DNA of 63,776 nt, filler included, from Squatina squatina (Eukaryota), in the NCBI GenBank assembly GCA_031763465.1. It is 3 parts of 3 records of this genome, joined end to end, with 100 filler letters (N's around TTAATTAATTAA, not from the genome) between each part and the next. Parts side by side here need not be neighbours in the genome. Positions count along the whole stretch, not along the records: positions 20,647 to 48,869 come from JARFOE010000189.1; 2 more parts are not named here. The stretch is one strand, 5' to 3'. Below the pieces are notes generated by a model. It saw only the letters and a list, made by a program, of their open reading frames with translations, did no database searches and was not told the origin of the DNA. The position numbers and the translations under genes were made by a program. Positions 25,892-39,397 of the stretch are shown piece by piece. Position 1 is the first letter of the stretch, and every line of letters starts with the position of its first letter.

Positions 25892-26635
25892 GGGGCTAAA
25901 TTGAATCAGGCCCGAAAACGAGTGCAGGGATGGCGATGCATGGTATGCGCGCACCCGTTGAAAGTAGTGCTGCCTTGTGCTGCCAGCTCATTAGCGTGAT
26001 TGCAGTGCTGAGCCCAATGCTAAACATGCTGCTGGTTGGCTCTGCGCTCAGCAGGGGGCCCAGTATCGGGTGCAGTCTGCTCTCCAATTAAAGTTTGCCT
26101 GCAGAGTGAAAGGCTGTCTGCACTTCTTAAAGGGGAGGTGCTTTATGAGAGAAATACCTCATTCTGAGTGGAGCTGGAAGTTAGCAATGCCTCAATGGGG
26201 CAGAGAAAAGGCACCTCGGTTTTCCAATGCAGCACTGGGGGGCTTACTGCAGGGGGTCTATAGGAAGAGATAGGTTTTCTACCCGCAGGGGGCCAGGACA
26301 CCCTCCAAACACATTGATCGAAGGTAATGGGAGGAGATTGCTGAAGCTGTCAGTTGCACCAGTCTGTCCCCCAGGACATGGATCCAGTGCTGGAAGAAGT
26401 TTAATGGCCTCACACGAGTGGTCCAGGTGAGTGAATGTATCTTCCAATGCCATATCCCACAAACTGCACCACTAGCCTCACACAGTGCTCAATGCACTAC
26501 ACTCCCATCACTCACCTACCAACAATCTCTAGTGATCATGTCTCATACCTCATAGCTCATACTTTCACCTCACCCTCACACACTGAGCACCGTTACAAGC
26601 CTCACACCCACATATCACACCTTGCACACAATGCA
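25892..26635 (+). mobile_element. PIF/Harbinger transposon remnant: terminus plus degenerate Myb/SANT-like gene exon (26187-26426)
   Basis: Starts GGGCTAAATTG. MPQWGREKAPRFSNAALGGLLQGVYRKR*VFYPQG...WEEIAEAVSCTSLSPRTWIQCWKKFNGLTRVVQ|GTGAGT is a Harbinger Myb/SANT domain with two stops. Confidence 0.75.
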
Positions 26636-26734
26636 NNNNNNNNNNNNNNNNNNNNNNNNNNNNNNNNNNNNNNNNNNNNNNNNNNNNNNNNNNNNNNNNN
26701 NNNNNNNNNNNNNNNNNNNNNNNNNNNNNNNNNN

Positions 26735-26887
26735 NGCGCAGTCAGGTCTCCATTGAGATTGTGCATGCACAGTCAAGGCTCCATCTCTCGCCCGCTAGAA
26801 ACTGGGACATTTCAGCAATTTTCAGGTAATTGTCGGGACATTTGCTGAAAAACTGTCTCGGCAAAACTGGGACGTCTGGTCACCCTA
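26735..26887. mobile_element. hAT-like MITE end
   Basis: Ends CGTCTGGTCACCCTA (reverse complement TAGGGTGACCAGACG) with subterminal GGGAC repeats. A similar end lies at about 35430-35446. Confidence 0.5.
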
Positions 26888-28841
26888 ATTATATTTTATA
26901 AACTTTAAAGTGAGACCCAAAGTTGAAAGGCAATTTTACTTTGCACTGTAAACCGTGGTCCTCTTTTATAATGCTGTGTTTGGGAAAACACATTGCAAAG
27001 GGAGCATTTTGTAAAGTGGGTACTTCTACGGGTTAATGATTAATGAGGGACTATAAACATAGGTCACTGTGCATCAAAATTACAGGGATCTCTTCTGCAA
27101 TTCATGCCTGATCAACAAGCTATAAATCAGTATTTGGAGAGTTTAATTTCTCATTACCATTTGGAATAAATAGCCCAATTAGGAGATGCCCTGAGCAAAA
27201 TAAAAGCCTACTCTTATGAAAAACTAATTTGCTTTTTTCATCAATATGCAGGTTATTACTGAAAGCGCCATATTATTGTGCAGGAAAATGGTGAATTTCC
27301 AATGAAGATAAAGATTTTCTATTAAATGTATCAAGGTTTCATAATTTGATATTAGTATAAATGTACAATTGCAGACACATTTCCGAACTGTTGTAAAATA
27401 CAATGAATTCATCTGTACCTAGTTACAGTTCCACAATAAATCATAGATAACATATTATGTGCTATTCATAAGAGTACATGTCTCCCTGAAATGTCATTAT
27501 TGCAGCATGTAATTTCAATGCCAAGTAATAGCAGAAGCATTATCCATTAAATCAATGTCCTGAGGCACAAAACCCATGTACAAGCATTACAAGAGAAGCT
27601 ACAGATTGTGTAATGAAACNNNNNNNNNNNNNNNNNNNNNNNNNNNNNNNNNNNNNNNNNNNNNNNNNNNNNNNNNNNNNNNNNNNNNNNNNNNNNNNNN
27701 NNNNNNNNNNNNNNNNNNNAAATAACTTAATGAAGTGAGCAAAGAATAGGACATAAATCAACTTTCAGAGACCACAAAAATCACACGAGAGATACAGGAA
27801 ACCCGACAGCAACGCGCCATCCTCCTGTATTGACATGATCTGTTGGCATTAACTGTTTAATGTAGTCCACAGTTATACATAGGCCATTTTACCAAATTAA
27901 ACTTCCATTGAATTGATAAATATGCTCCAAGGTCAAATCTTGCGACCGCTCCAATTTGAAAAACTTTTGTATATTATTATTTTTCCTATTCCCAGCTGAG
28001 GTTTATTGGATAGAGGAGCTGGAACCTCAATCAGATGAATCCCTGCCAAGTGCGGACGCGCTAATCTCCTCATAGTAAGTGGGTCAGGAGAATTTCTCAG
28101 AAGCACAGCAAGTAATTTGGTACAATGCAAAATCCTGTGCGTTTCTAAGCTTGCCGGGTGTAGTGAGAGTTGCTGGTTGTGTACCACAATTCTACGTGGG
28201 AAAAGTCTTGACAGAGAAAATACTGGTACCTGAGCAATGACAAGTCACCTGCTGTAACACATTGCTTGTCCCATAAATGAGTACTTCAGTGAGTTTGATT
28301 GCAAGACTAAAAGCAAAGCTTCTAACCATTTGAGATTGAATCTTTTGTTTGGAGATACATCTTTCCTGCCCAGTGATTCTGTGCAGAAGTTATTTATTTG
28401 GACCTGTTGTAACTTGTTGCGTCAAGGAGCAACTGAAGGCAAGTTCTTGCCTCCAGTTGTCACACCTGATCTCAACCATCCTGTCTAGAGATGCCCAGTG
28501 GAAGCTGAGTGTTCCTTTTTCTCCTTCTCGCTCTTCCCACTTACTGCAAGAAAGGAGAAAAGGACTTGGGAACTATCCCAGCTCCTGTCCTCCTGCCTTT
28601 CATAGCGGCCAACTCCAGTAGGTGGCTGAGAGAGCAGCTTGCCTGCTCGATATTTGAGCCAAGGACCAGGTTAGCATTGCTTGTCATGGCCTCCACGCTG
28701 AATGGCCTGTCCACACTTGCTTCGATGTGAGGACTGGCCGCTTTGGGCAGGGACCAGATGGCACTCAGCACCCATCCAACCATATCCCAGCATGAATCGC
28801 CAACTTGAACAGGGGAAGGATGAAGGATGGCACCTGAGCCA

Positions 28842-29545
28842 AGGAGAAAGACTACAGAATGTTGCGGTACAGACGGATTTACGTGTCCCGTACATGAAAC
28901 ACAAAAGGTTAGCATGTAGGTGCAGCTGGTAATTGGGAAGGTAAATGGAATGTTGATCATTATTTCAAGGGGGATGTCTTGCTACAACTGTACAGGGCAC
29001 TGGTGAGACCACACCTAGAGTACTGCATACAGTTTTGGTCCCCTTATTTAAAGAGGGATATACTTGCATTGGAGACAGTTTAGAGAAGGTTCACTGGATT
29101 GATTCCTAGGATGGAAGGGTTGTCTTACAAGGAAAGGTTGTGTAGAAGTTTAGAAGAATGAGAGGTGAACTTATTGAAACATATAAGATTCTGAGGGGGT
29201 TAGACAGGGTAAATGCTGAGAGGATGTTTCCCCTCATGGGGGAATCTAGAACTAGGGGGCATAGTTTCAGAATAAGGGGTCGCCCATTTAAGTCTGAGCT
29301 GAGGAGGAATTTCTTCTCTCAGAGGGTTGTGAATCATTGGAATTCTTTACCCCAGAGAGCTGTGGAGGCTGAGGCATTGAATATATTCAAGGCTGAGGTA
29401 GACAGATTTTTGAACTACAGGGGAGTCGACGGTTATGGGGAACAGGCAGGAAAGTGGAGTTGAGGCCAGAATCAGATCTCATTGAATGGCGGAGCAGGCT
29501 CGAGGGGCCAAATGGCCTATTCCTGCTCCTATTTCTTATGTTCTT
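28842..29545 (+). mobile_element. CR1 LINE 3' end
   Basis: GERLQNVAVQTDL...MRGELIETYKILRGLDRVNAERMFPLMGESRTRGHSFRIRGRPFKSELRRNFFSQRVVNHWNSLPQRAVEA, followed by CR1 3'UTR ending ATTTCTTATGTTCTT. Confidence 0.92.
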
Positions 29546-29599
29546 AAAAAAGACCACCAATTCCACCACTACACAATTGCAATAATGGTTCTGTACCTA

Positions 29600-31430
29600 C
29601 AGCAAAATCAAACAATGAAAACATGACACAACCAACAGCAGTAACAAATAATAAACTATTCACCCTGGTGATGAGTCTTAGGTGGCTGTCATATAAGTAC
29701 TCTTGCCTACTCTGGTGCTTTTACAAAGTGCAACCTGAGTGGCAGCAGCACGCAAGATGGATGGCTGCTGAGAAACTGAAGAGAGTAGTTCAGATGTCCT
29801 TCCGTGACACCCTCGAGAGGCAGAGAGCCCCGCCTCAGACTGCACCATCTCAGCATGGACTTGAGCAGTCTGAGCCACCTGGCTCATAGTCAGCTACATG
29901 GGCAATGGTGGAGGAATGCGGCCATCAGGAGAGAGGCCAGTAGGTCCTTGCTCCATGATTCCCATGCTAGTACCTCGGGCTCTGTTCAGCCAGCCCAGTG
30001 ATCTGCTGGAGGATAGATCACTGGACAGCTGAGACTCTGCAAGCCCCTTTTAAACCGAGGAACCAATGGGCTTCCATTGCAGCACCTTGTCGTTCCATGG
30101 AATCTGTTTGGCAATTTATGGAAGCTGCAATGACTGCAGTGGAAGCCACAACTCAGTCATCAGATGCTGCATGATGTTAGGCTCCACAGGTCAGTGAATG
30201 GAATTGGCCAGACTCTCCACGCTCGAGAGGTTGGGTTCCAGGCTCTGCGTAAGCCACAGGCCAAGCAAGAGCCGGACTCCTCCATCCCCCGAGCCACAAC
30301 CCGTAAGCTTTCAGGCAGACTGTCCGTTGCACCATGCATTTGGTTTGTGCACCCATCAGCTGCCTTCTGAAGCTTGGCCCAGTGAGGTCCTCATCTGGAT
30401 CCTCTGCAGCAGAACTAGTATGTGCCCTTGCACCTGCCCACCACCCCCTCCGGGAAAGGTAACACCTGTAGTGGCCCTTCCACCCTGCCCACTAATGCCC
30501 GGAGCATGCCACTGTGAGGATCTGTGTTCTACCCTAGCCCTCTAAGTTAAGCATTGTGCTGGTCTCTGAGTTGGTGCCTGCAACAGTGGTAGCTCTCCTC
30601 CTCTTCCTCTGGGGGTAAGCTGGCTTTTCTTCCTATTCCAATTCCTCCGTGGGGTGGGGGGAGGGGGTTTGGTCGCGGGGGCGGAGGAGGGTGCTGGCGG
30701 GGTGCATCTTGCTCCTGGGAGCCTGCAGTGATAATGCTAGAAGGGTTAGAGTGCACGCATGTGGCCACTATAGGAGGATGTGTGTGATGAGACTATATGT
30801 TGTGGATGTGTAAGGAGGCTGGAGTGGCCACATATCTGTCCCCTGCTCCGCCTGTGGTCCCGGTGTCTGCCACTCCCCTCCTGGTTACCGCCAGCGTTGT
30901 CTCCTCAACGGGAAGTGATCTCATGGAGTCATGATTCCCCTCCCCGGTCAAGTCCTGTTGGCACCTGTTATGTGCTATCCTGTGCAGGAAGAGAGAGAGT
31001 CGTGATTGTTAATAAGTGTATAGGGAGGTGTTTTTATGCGTTGTGATGCCTCACATGGTTGAGGAGCTGAGAGAGGTGTCTGAGATGTGAGTAGTGCCTG
31101 TGAAGAATGCAATATTGTGGGATGTTTGATGCCATGTCCTGGGGCAGTGCTCCTGGGTGTGACCTCACACCTCCTCAGCGATCTCCTCCCATATCCACAT
31201 TAGTTGCCTCTGTGACCTCCTCTTCCACCCCCGCCTCTCCTCTCTTCCACCCGCCCCGGTCCCCCTTGATGGTACAGGATATTCCTCCTCCGCTATACCT
31301 CCTCCACCAGCAACTGTATTGCCGCCTCTGAGCACCTGTGAGTCCTCTCCCACCATACCTGAGCCATCCTGATGTGTGCCCTTGTCTGTCAGCCAGTGCG
31401 CACCACACCTTCAATGGAAGTACGTGCGTG
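29600..31430 (-). mobile_element. Second Harbinger Myb/SANT-like gene remnant
   Basis: From 31367: MAQVWWERTHRCSEAAIQLLVEEV*RRRNILYHQGG...WEEIAEEV...PRTWHQ. Next exon remnant RIAHNRCQQDLTGEG...VEETTLAV at about 30830-30985. Stops and frameshifts; boundaries approximate. Confidence 0.65.
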
Positions 31431-31454
31431 GAGGCTTGTTATACACCGCTCCAC

Positions 31455-31539
31455 GAAAATTATGGATATGCAATGGAAGGCATTTAAAGATCGCATGGAT
31501 GAACTACAACAATTGTTCATCCCAGTTTGGCAAAAGAAT
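31455..31539 (+). mobile_element. CR1 ORF2 internal fragment
   Basis: IMDMQWKAFKDRMDELQQLFIPVWQKN, typical of the CR1 endonuclease-RT linker. Confidence 0.6.
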
Positions 31540-32920
31540 NNNNNNNNNNNNNNNNNNNNNNNNNNNNNNNNNNNNNNNNNNNNNNNNNNNNNNNNNNNNN
31601 NNNNNNNNNNNNNNNNNNNNNNNNNNNNNNNNNNNNNNNGTAATATAGAAAGTGCCATTCTATAGATTAGAATAGCAACCAGGTTTTGTTGTTTGAGATG
31701 CAAATGTGACGAATTTGTCTTTTTTTATAGACTGTCCTTTCCATTGTTCAATCCATTCAACAAATTCAATTAATGCTATTTCTCAATTGGTAAGATCACA
31801 AGGTTTCAACATCCTAGCTACTAACGAAAAATAAACTCCATTTTACCTTTTATGGATTAGAGATAGAATAAGGCTGAAAGGTGGATTACATAAGTGTATA
31901 CCATGTCATCACTCAAGGTCTACAAGTCCCAAAGCAATCAAGGACCTGAACATGTCTGTACTTCATCCCTTGACCATCTGTTATGTCGTATAATAGGTAC
32001 CTTCTCCTTTCTTGTCTTTGCAACATAAAAGTGAGCCAAAAATAGGATGTCAAGGTGAGCTGACTGGACAATCTGTATACCTGGCAAATGTCCCAATTTT
32101 CACAGCAATCTCCCAATTTATTGAACTACCCCCTGACGTCCTATGTGCTTTAAAAAAAAGACTCGATTTGGCAACTTTTGGATTATCTGCTTGGAGGAAC
32201 TTAACTGTTAGTGAAGGCTGAATCTAAATGGCTTCCTTAAATGCCTCACGCATTGCCAGATTGCAGTGCAACATCATATGTAACCAGTGATGTTTGCCGT
32301 GCACTTAAAAACAACATTGCCGACAATATTGGCCAACTGATTGAAAATGAAGCATACAGGGAAGCAAGAGAAAACGAGAAAGCAAAGAGACAGGGAAGAA
32401 ATATTTATAAAGACTGCAACAACACAGAGAAAGAAAACTATAGACAGAACTAATGTAAAATCAATAGAGACATTTTGANNNNNNNNNNNNNNNNNNNNNN
32501 NNNNNNNNNNNNNNNNNNNNNNNNNNNNNNNNNNNNNNNNNNNNNNNNNNNNNNNNNNNNNNNNNNNNNNNNNNNNNNCATTGCAATTATTTGCATCAAA
32601 TTATTCAATGTGACTGTCTATCCTAAATGGATTTTCATTGTTGTTTCAATCCATATCTAGCTGGCAAAAATACAGATTTTCCTGGGATTGCTACTCTTGT
32701 AAATTCGCCGTGTGCTGGCTGTCTGAAAATGTAATTTACTCTGGTGTCGGGAGTTAGAACCGGGTGAGCAGGAAAGATGTAAACACGATTGAGAAGAGAT
32801 ACATTTCCTGAGCCATTAATGCATTTATTGACTGTGATGTGAATCTGCTTGGGTCCTATTGGTTAAAGGCAATTTCCAAAGAGAGNNNNNNNNNNCTATT
32901 TCACTGCTTAATGGTTTTTA

Positions 32921-33376
<456 letters not shown>

Positions 33377-35189
33377 TCAGTTCAACATTTTTATAGCATC
33401 TGTCAAGCCAGTGAAATTCATTTTTTCCCCTTCATACTTGTGACAGCTCACATATTATTTGACAAAATAGTAAAAAAAAGAAATGGTTTTGTAAGGGCAT
33501 TCCATGTGACAAATCTCATCCTCCACACAGAAGGCCAGAGCTGCAGTATCAGGCCACCCTAATTGCTAATGCTAAACCCTTTCAAGATGTTATTTCTTAT
33601 GACAAGGTTACGATGCAAAAAGTCAACCTGTGCTTCCTTCACTTTATCATTGGTTTCCAGGCCTCCGGAGGACTGTCATACTCTGAACTGACTGCAAAAG
33701 GCATTGTTTTTCACAGCAATGCAGTTGTGCAAAGTCTACAGTAGTTAGATTTCTGCAGATCTAATACAATCTATATTAAATAAAATGCACTATTTTAACC
33801 TAACTTTATTGTAATCTAATGTAATATAATATACTAATTATATTACCAAGCATGAGAGATCATGAGAGAACAGTATGGTGGACAATGTAATTAAATGCAA
33901 GTCAGTTTTCAATAAACCTCCATGAATGATATCCAAGTTATTAATGCCTTGTGTATGGGGAACGAGCGTGGAGTTGGGATTAGAGTAGATTAGATTAGAG
34001 TTTGTTTTACCTTATACCTCTGCAAAGCACTATAGGATGTTTTTCTACATCAAGATGTCATATAAACACAAATTGCAGTTGTAGATGGATCCTGTTGAAT
34101 ACCTAGCACAGGCATAATAATAATGGGTCAAATGGATTTTTCCTGCGATATAAATTCTGGCCGCTCAATTGGTCTTTTTTAAGTTTGTGGCTATAAGGGA
34201 CCAATAAGTGTACATTTAGTGCCCATTTNNNNNNNNNNNNNNNNNNNNNNNNNNNNNNNNNNNNNNNNNNNNNNNNNNNNNNNNNNNNNNNNNNNNNNNN
34301 NNNNNNNNNNNNNNNNNNNNNNNNNNNNCCAACTTGAGTTCTACTGCCCTTCTGCTACAACACCGCACTGCTATGAGGTATTTTTAGACTTCATTAAGTG
34401 CTGTTGCAATATGCAATTCTGGATATCTTTTCACAGCAAACACATTTTTAAAGAGAGAAAGGCTCTGTGGTTTACAGCAGCACTTACATAGTTGGCAGCA
34501 CAGCATAACATATTCCCTGCTGTCTCTATCAGGAATCCAGGAAGATAACAATTACTTCAGATTTTATTTGATGCTGACATCTCTGATGCTGCGCTTGCAA
34601 ATCAGGCATATGTGTTTCTGGTCATGTCGTTTGAATGTTATGACAACTGGCTGCATTCATTAGTTCTATTTTTTGCTCTCGTGCAACACTTAAATAAAGT
34701 TGAATCCATTTCTAAAAGTTGCATGGAAGACTAGAAATCTATGACAATTTTTTGTAAGATTGATGTTCTTGTATATTATATGCTGGCAAATGAATGGTTT
34801 CAACACAGAATGCATTTTTACCTCCTGTCAGTAGATGCTGTGACAAAGTTTTCAGGGTATCCTCTATGGTGTCGAAAGATTCCCACTGTTATTCATTTTA
34901 ACAGAAGGATTTTGCATTAGTTATTTTACAGTATCCTGCATGAATATGCTAATAAAAACATGTCTAATTATCAATAAACCAGGAAACCAAATTTAACAAC
35001 TACCCAAGTACCATGGATACTTATTAGTATTAATGTGCAGAGTTCCAGTTATGGTGTTTGACCTGCAGGCTTACCAACATGGCCTTTGAAGGGTAATACG
35101 TAATTTTCCTATTGCAAAATCATAGTATTCAAAATTTCCAATGAAGCTTTTCAGTATGAACATTATTAAGAATTTCAAACCAAAAATAA

Positions 35190-35265
35190 AATGCTGGAAA
35201 TCTGAAATAAAAACAGAAAATGCTGGAAATACTCAGCAGGTCAGGCAGCATCTGTGGAGAGAGAA
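35190..35265. repeat. Palindromic shark repeat arm (same family as 40834-41031)
   Basis: ATGCTGGAAATCTGAAATAAAAACAGAAAATGCTGGAAATACTCAGCAGGTCAGGCAGCATCTGTGGAGAGAGAA, cut by a gap. Confidence 0.7.
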
Positions 35266-36239
35266 NNNNNNNNNNNNNNNNNNNNNNNNNNNNNNNNNNN
35301 NNNNNNNNNNNNNNNNNNNNNNNNNNNNNNNNNNNNNNNNNNNNNNNNNNNNNNNNNNNNNNNNNACCGGGGCATTTGTGCAATTTTGAAACAACTGCCG
35401 GGACGCCAGGACGCTGGGTTTAAAATCCGGCACGTCTGGTCACCCGAGTTGGATATGCTTTATTTTTACTTGTCTCAAATGCTCATCAGCCTGTGGAACA
35501 GGATTTTAGTCTTGGTAGCGAGGACGGACTCGTTGCAGTCCTTCAGGAAGGCATGAGATGCACTCTTGAAAAATGATGTGGCAGAGGGAAGATGACAATG
35601 TGTTTGGGGCAGGCTGGGGCTCTCCTCGTTGTCATTGAGAGGTTAGAGAGTAACCTTCGGGCATTCTTGAACTGATTACTGATTATTTGCCCAAAAAATT
35701 AATTTTTATTGAGGTTGTTACAGTGAAGGAACTTGTGCATAAAATTGCAATTCAGTACATTTATAATTATTAGAATTCTGTACATTGTATAATTTGGGGA
35801 TTCCATTACATATCATTAGGGGATTCCCTTTGTAAATGATTGCAATGGAATCCTCCTTTGTCATTGGAGGACCGGGCCCACATGATCCCAGGGACGCTTC
35901 TGAACTGTCTGAATCCCTGGGATCCGCGGGGCTTCACACTGCCGTACGCTCGGATGCCCAAGACTGTAACTCTTCGCAGCCTGGATGCCTGGAGGGAAAT
36001 TCTTAAATGCTTCACGGGTTGGAGGCGTACTCCGGAGGTACACCTCTGGCCGCAATTTCTAGGCCAATAAGATGGCAATTTTGGTCCATTTGTGCAGCAA
36101 ATGTTTGACTGATGTACACCGGTTATCTTTAATCTTCTTTGTTACAGAAGAGAACTGGCCTCATGCGCTGGAAAATAGTGGCAAGCCTATCATGCACAAT
36201 ACTGGGCCTCACAAATTATTTCTGGGAAATAAAATTTAC

Positions 36240-36414
36240 CTGCAGTCTATGCCGTTCCTCTATATCCACAGGTTTTCCAGCACCCATGCTGTCTGTGAAC
36301 CAGGAGATATCAAGCACCTTAAGCTTGTCTGCATTTGACAGCTTCTGGTTTTGAATCCAGTCCCAAATTTCATTCCAGGAGTTATTCTCCGTCACAATAT
36401 GTGTGACTGAATCA
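36240..36414 (-). CDS. DNTT: DNTT exon 2 (BRCT domain, 175 nt)
   Basis: CTATAG|T GAT...: (S)DSVTHIVTENNSWNEIWDWIQNQKLSNADKLKVLDISWFTDSMGAGKPVDIEERHRLQ|GTAAAT. Phase matches exon 1. Not in the ORF track. Confidence 0.93.
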
Positions 36415-37141
36415 CTATAGAAAGAAAAGGATAACAGTTAGAATATTATTTTTTATTTGATGATCCTCAGTGAGTGGCATTACAACATCTTTGCAAGTTA
36501 TTGAGGTGATCCTTCAAAGTAAAAAGTGCACTTTCTTATTACTGGAGTTAGGTTACTGAAGCATCACAACCACTAAGGGTATCTGCCCTGCAGTTTGTAC
36601 TCTGCACACAAGTCATGATTCTAATTAAGATGAGGCTGTGTTATGTTGGGGCTGCAAAAAAGTGATTGGGTAATGTTGCAATTTAATTCTCAGCGAAGAT
36701 CCAAAACACCGGCAATGGATTTTTTTTCAAATATTCAAATTAGAGACATGTACATAGAGTCAAATCAACTCGTTTGACAACGAATTATATGGGGCAATGC
36801 AAAAAAATGGCAGGCCAAGATTACTGATTATAAAACTCGATAAATTTAGTTTCTTGTACATCAAGCTGAACTGTGCAGCACCACAACTTAATTTTAGTCA
36901 TTCAAACACTATCTGGCAGGAAACAGAATAGGCGTGTTTATTTTCAGTCTTCACTTGTCTGTATATAACCCAAATTACTCTCAACTGGTGCAGAATATAC
37001 TGGCTTTCTATTTACACGATAATATTAGCTCATATCCCTTCACATTTCTCACAGAAAGTATAAGTCTCGCTCTGTCTGTAACTGACTCTCTGCTTGTCTT
37101 CCATTCTTCCTGCCTCCCTCTTTCATTCTTTCTCACACACA

Positions 37142-37249
37142 GGGCGAGAAATTCGTCTCGGATGTTGCGTACAATGGGCAGTATTGGGTCAGCCGCCTGT
37201 TATTCGCTGTGCCCGTTTTGTGCCACTACCTGAGACGAATTTCGAGCCC
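37142..37249. mobile_element. 108-bp MITE (Harbinger-type GGG termini) in DNTT intron 1
   Basis: Terminal inverted repeats GGGCGAGAAATTCGTCTC / GAGACGAATTTCGAGCCC. Confidence 0.7.
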
Positions 37250-39185
37250 TTTATCTTATTGTCATCGTTGAACCTCTCTATTCGTCTCAAAACTTATCTT
37301 TGGTATTCTTCCCTCTCTCCCAAATATATATTGCATATTTTCACCACTTTCACTTTTTCCGTTGGTATATTTTACTCTTTGCTTCCTCAATCGATGTATC
37401 CTTAAAAAGAACTGAAAGCCGTGCCTCAGGTCACCAAATAGCAGCACTGTATTGATTTTATAATGACAAGAAATGCTGCTAAAAAGATTTCTAAAGAAGA
37501 AGAATGTAAGAANNNNNNNNNNNNNNNNNNNNNNNNNNNNNNNNNNNNNNNNNNNNNNNNNNNNNNNNNNNNNNNNNNNNNNNNNNNNNNNNNNNNNNNN
37601 NNNNNNNNNNNNTCTCTGTTTTCTGTCCATTAACCAATCCTCAATATATTACCCCCAATCCCATGAGCCCTGTTATTGTGATACAGGAGGGTTAGTAAAC
37701 TTGGTTATAAACAATGCTCGGCGTCAAAAGATGAAGATATTGCATTCCCCCACCACTAATAATTTTCAGCTTTATGGGCACTCCAAATAAATAAAGCATC
37801 ATTTTAAGAAAAGCTGAAACGAACAGTCATAATATTCACAGTCAGCTTTTTCCCCCACACAGTTTAACATTCACAAAGTGATGCAACTGATTACTTAAAA
37901 GATTTTTAATTTTAAAGATCATATTTGTTCGGATTACCTTGATGCCAGATGGTAAAACTTACAGTAAGAAAAATAATTCTTTCAGTTTGAAATAATACTT
38001 CATGTGTAAAATTACAGTTTGAAATGTCATCATTCTTCTTCCTGTGGTTTTATTTGGAGAAAAATAATTTACAATTATTAGGCCCCTATCTTCCTGTCAC
38101 ATACACCCGAGCTATACCACTGGGGATTTTGACATCTGGCTTGATCCATCATTTCTCTGTTACACTCATGTCTGTGGTTGTACTTGGCACAGAATGTAGC
38201 ATTGTGGCAACATTCTAAACTGTATAGAGGAAAACACAAAAAGGCACTGAATAACTGCAAGTGTTTCTTTCATGCATATAATTCTAGACAACAAAAGCAT
38301 GGCAGCTTAGTTATCATCACACTAACTGGTCTACTGGTCATGCCAACCATGCTTGGGATGATTAATTTTTTTATTTCTTTGTATAAAGTAAAATCAAACA
38401 GGCACTTTTTGTGCTTTCCATCGATGTACGGTGTAATAATTCCTTGGAAGTAGATCTTTTGTTCNNNNNNNNNNNNNNNNNNNNNNNNNNNNNNNNNNNN
38501 NNNNNNNNNNNNNNNNNNNNNNNNNNNNNNNNNNNNNNNNNNNNNNNNNNNNNNNNNNNNNNNNGGAAGTAGATCTTTTGTTCATTTTCCAGACAAATTA
38601 TAATTCTCCTTTTAAAAAGTCGATAGATACCTGGGATCAAATGATGCCCTAATCTAATCAAAGGATTCACAAACTATGAGAACAAGACTTGAATGGTACT
38701 TGTACTTTGAGTGTAGCTTCACTATTAGAAATACCTTAAAAGCTATTTGTGCTTGTGAGAAAAAGTCTTTCGTGATCATAAAGGAATGCCGATATCACCA
38801 TCAATCTGCTGGACATATACTAATATAACTCTTTCCTTAAGGAACTTAGAAAAACCATTGCTAACATTGTTATTTTCTATGAGTTCTTTACTATTTATAG
38901 AACTGGCAATGGACCATACAACAAAGCTGTGATTGACAATATTTAAAACATATATAAAGTGTTTTACAATTAAACATGCCTAACCTGCTACATATCATTT
39001 CTGCTGTGCAGTTATCTAGATCTTCAGAATGTCACCTGGCCAAAGGTTAAAAACATTAGAAATGCAACTGATTAATATTCTTTGCCGTGTTCCATGTGTG
39101 TGCCTCCTCTCACATAATCTGAGGTAAGAACTTTAAAAAAATGTCAGGTAAGTTAGTATATCAACCACAGTGTAGAAGGACATAC

Positions 39186-39397
39186 CTCAGAACCTCATCG
39201 ACTCGGAATCCTTTCTTACGCGCTAAATCCATCAGAAACATTCTTCTGCTTGATCCCATTTTTCTTTCTACAATAAATATGATCTGATCTTGAAATCTGA
39301 CTTCATGCTGACTGTGTGACTTGCAGAGTTCTGTCACTTTCTGCATTCTCCTTTTTGGTATGATTCCCATTCCGCCCAGTTTATCTGCTGAATTCAT
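39186..39397 (-). CDS. DNTT: DNTT exon 1
   Basis: MNSADKLGGMGIIPKRRMQK...VRFQDQIIFIVERKMGSSRRMFLMDLARKKGFRVDEVL, donor CTGAG|GTATG (phase 2). Basic NLS-like patch and BRCT start. Confidence 0.93.

Noticed and set aside
38446-38583. Direct repeat GGAAGTAGATCTTTTGTTC on both sides of a gap
   Set aside because: Same contig-overlap artefact; the gap is probably spurious.
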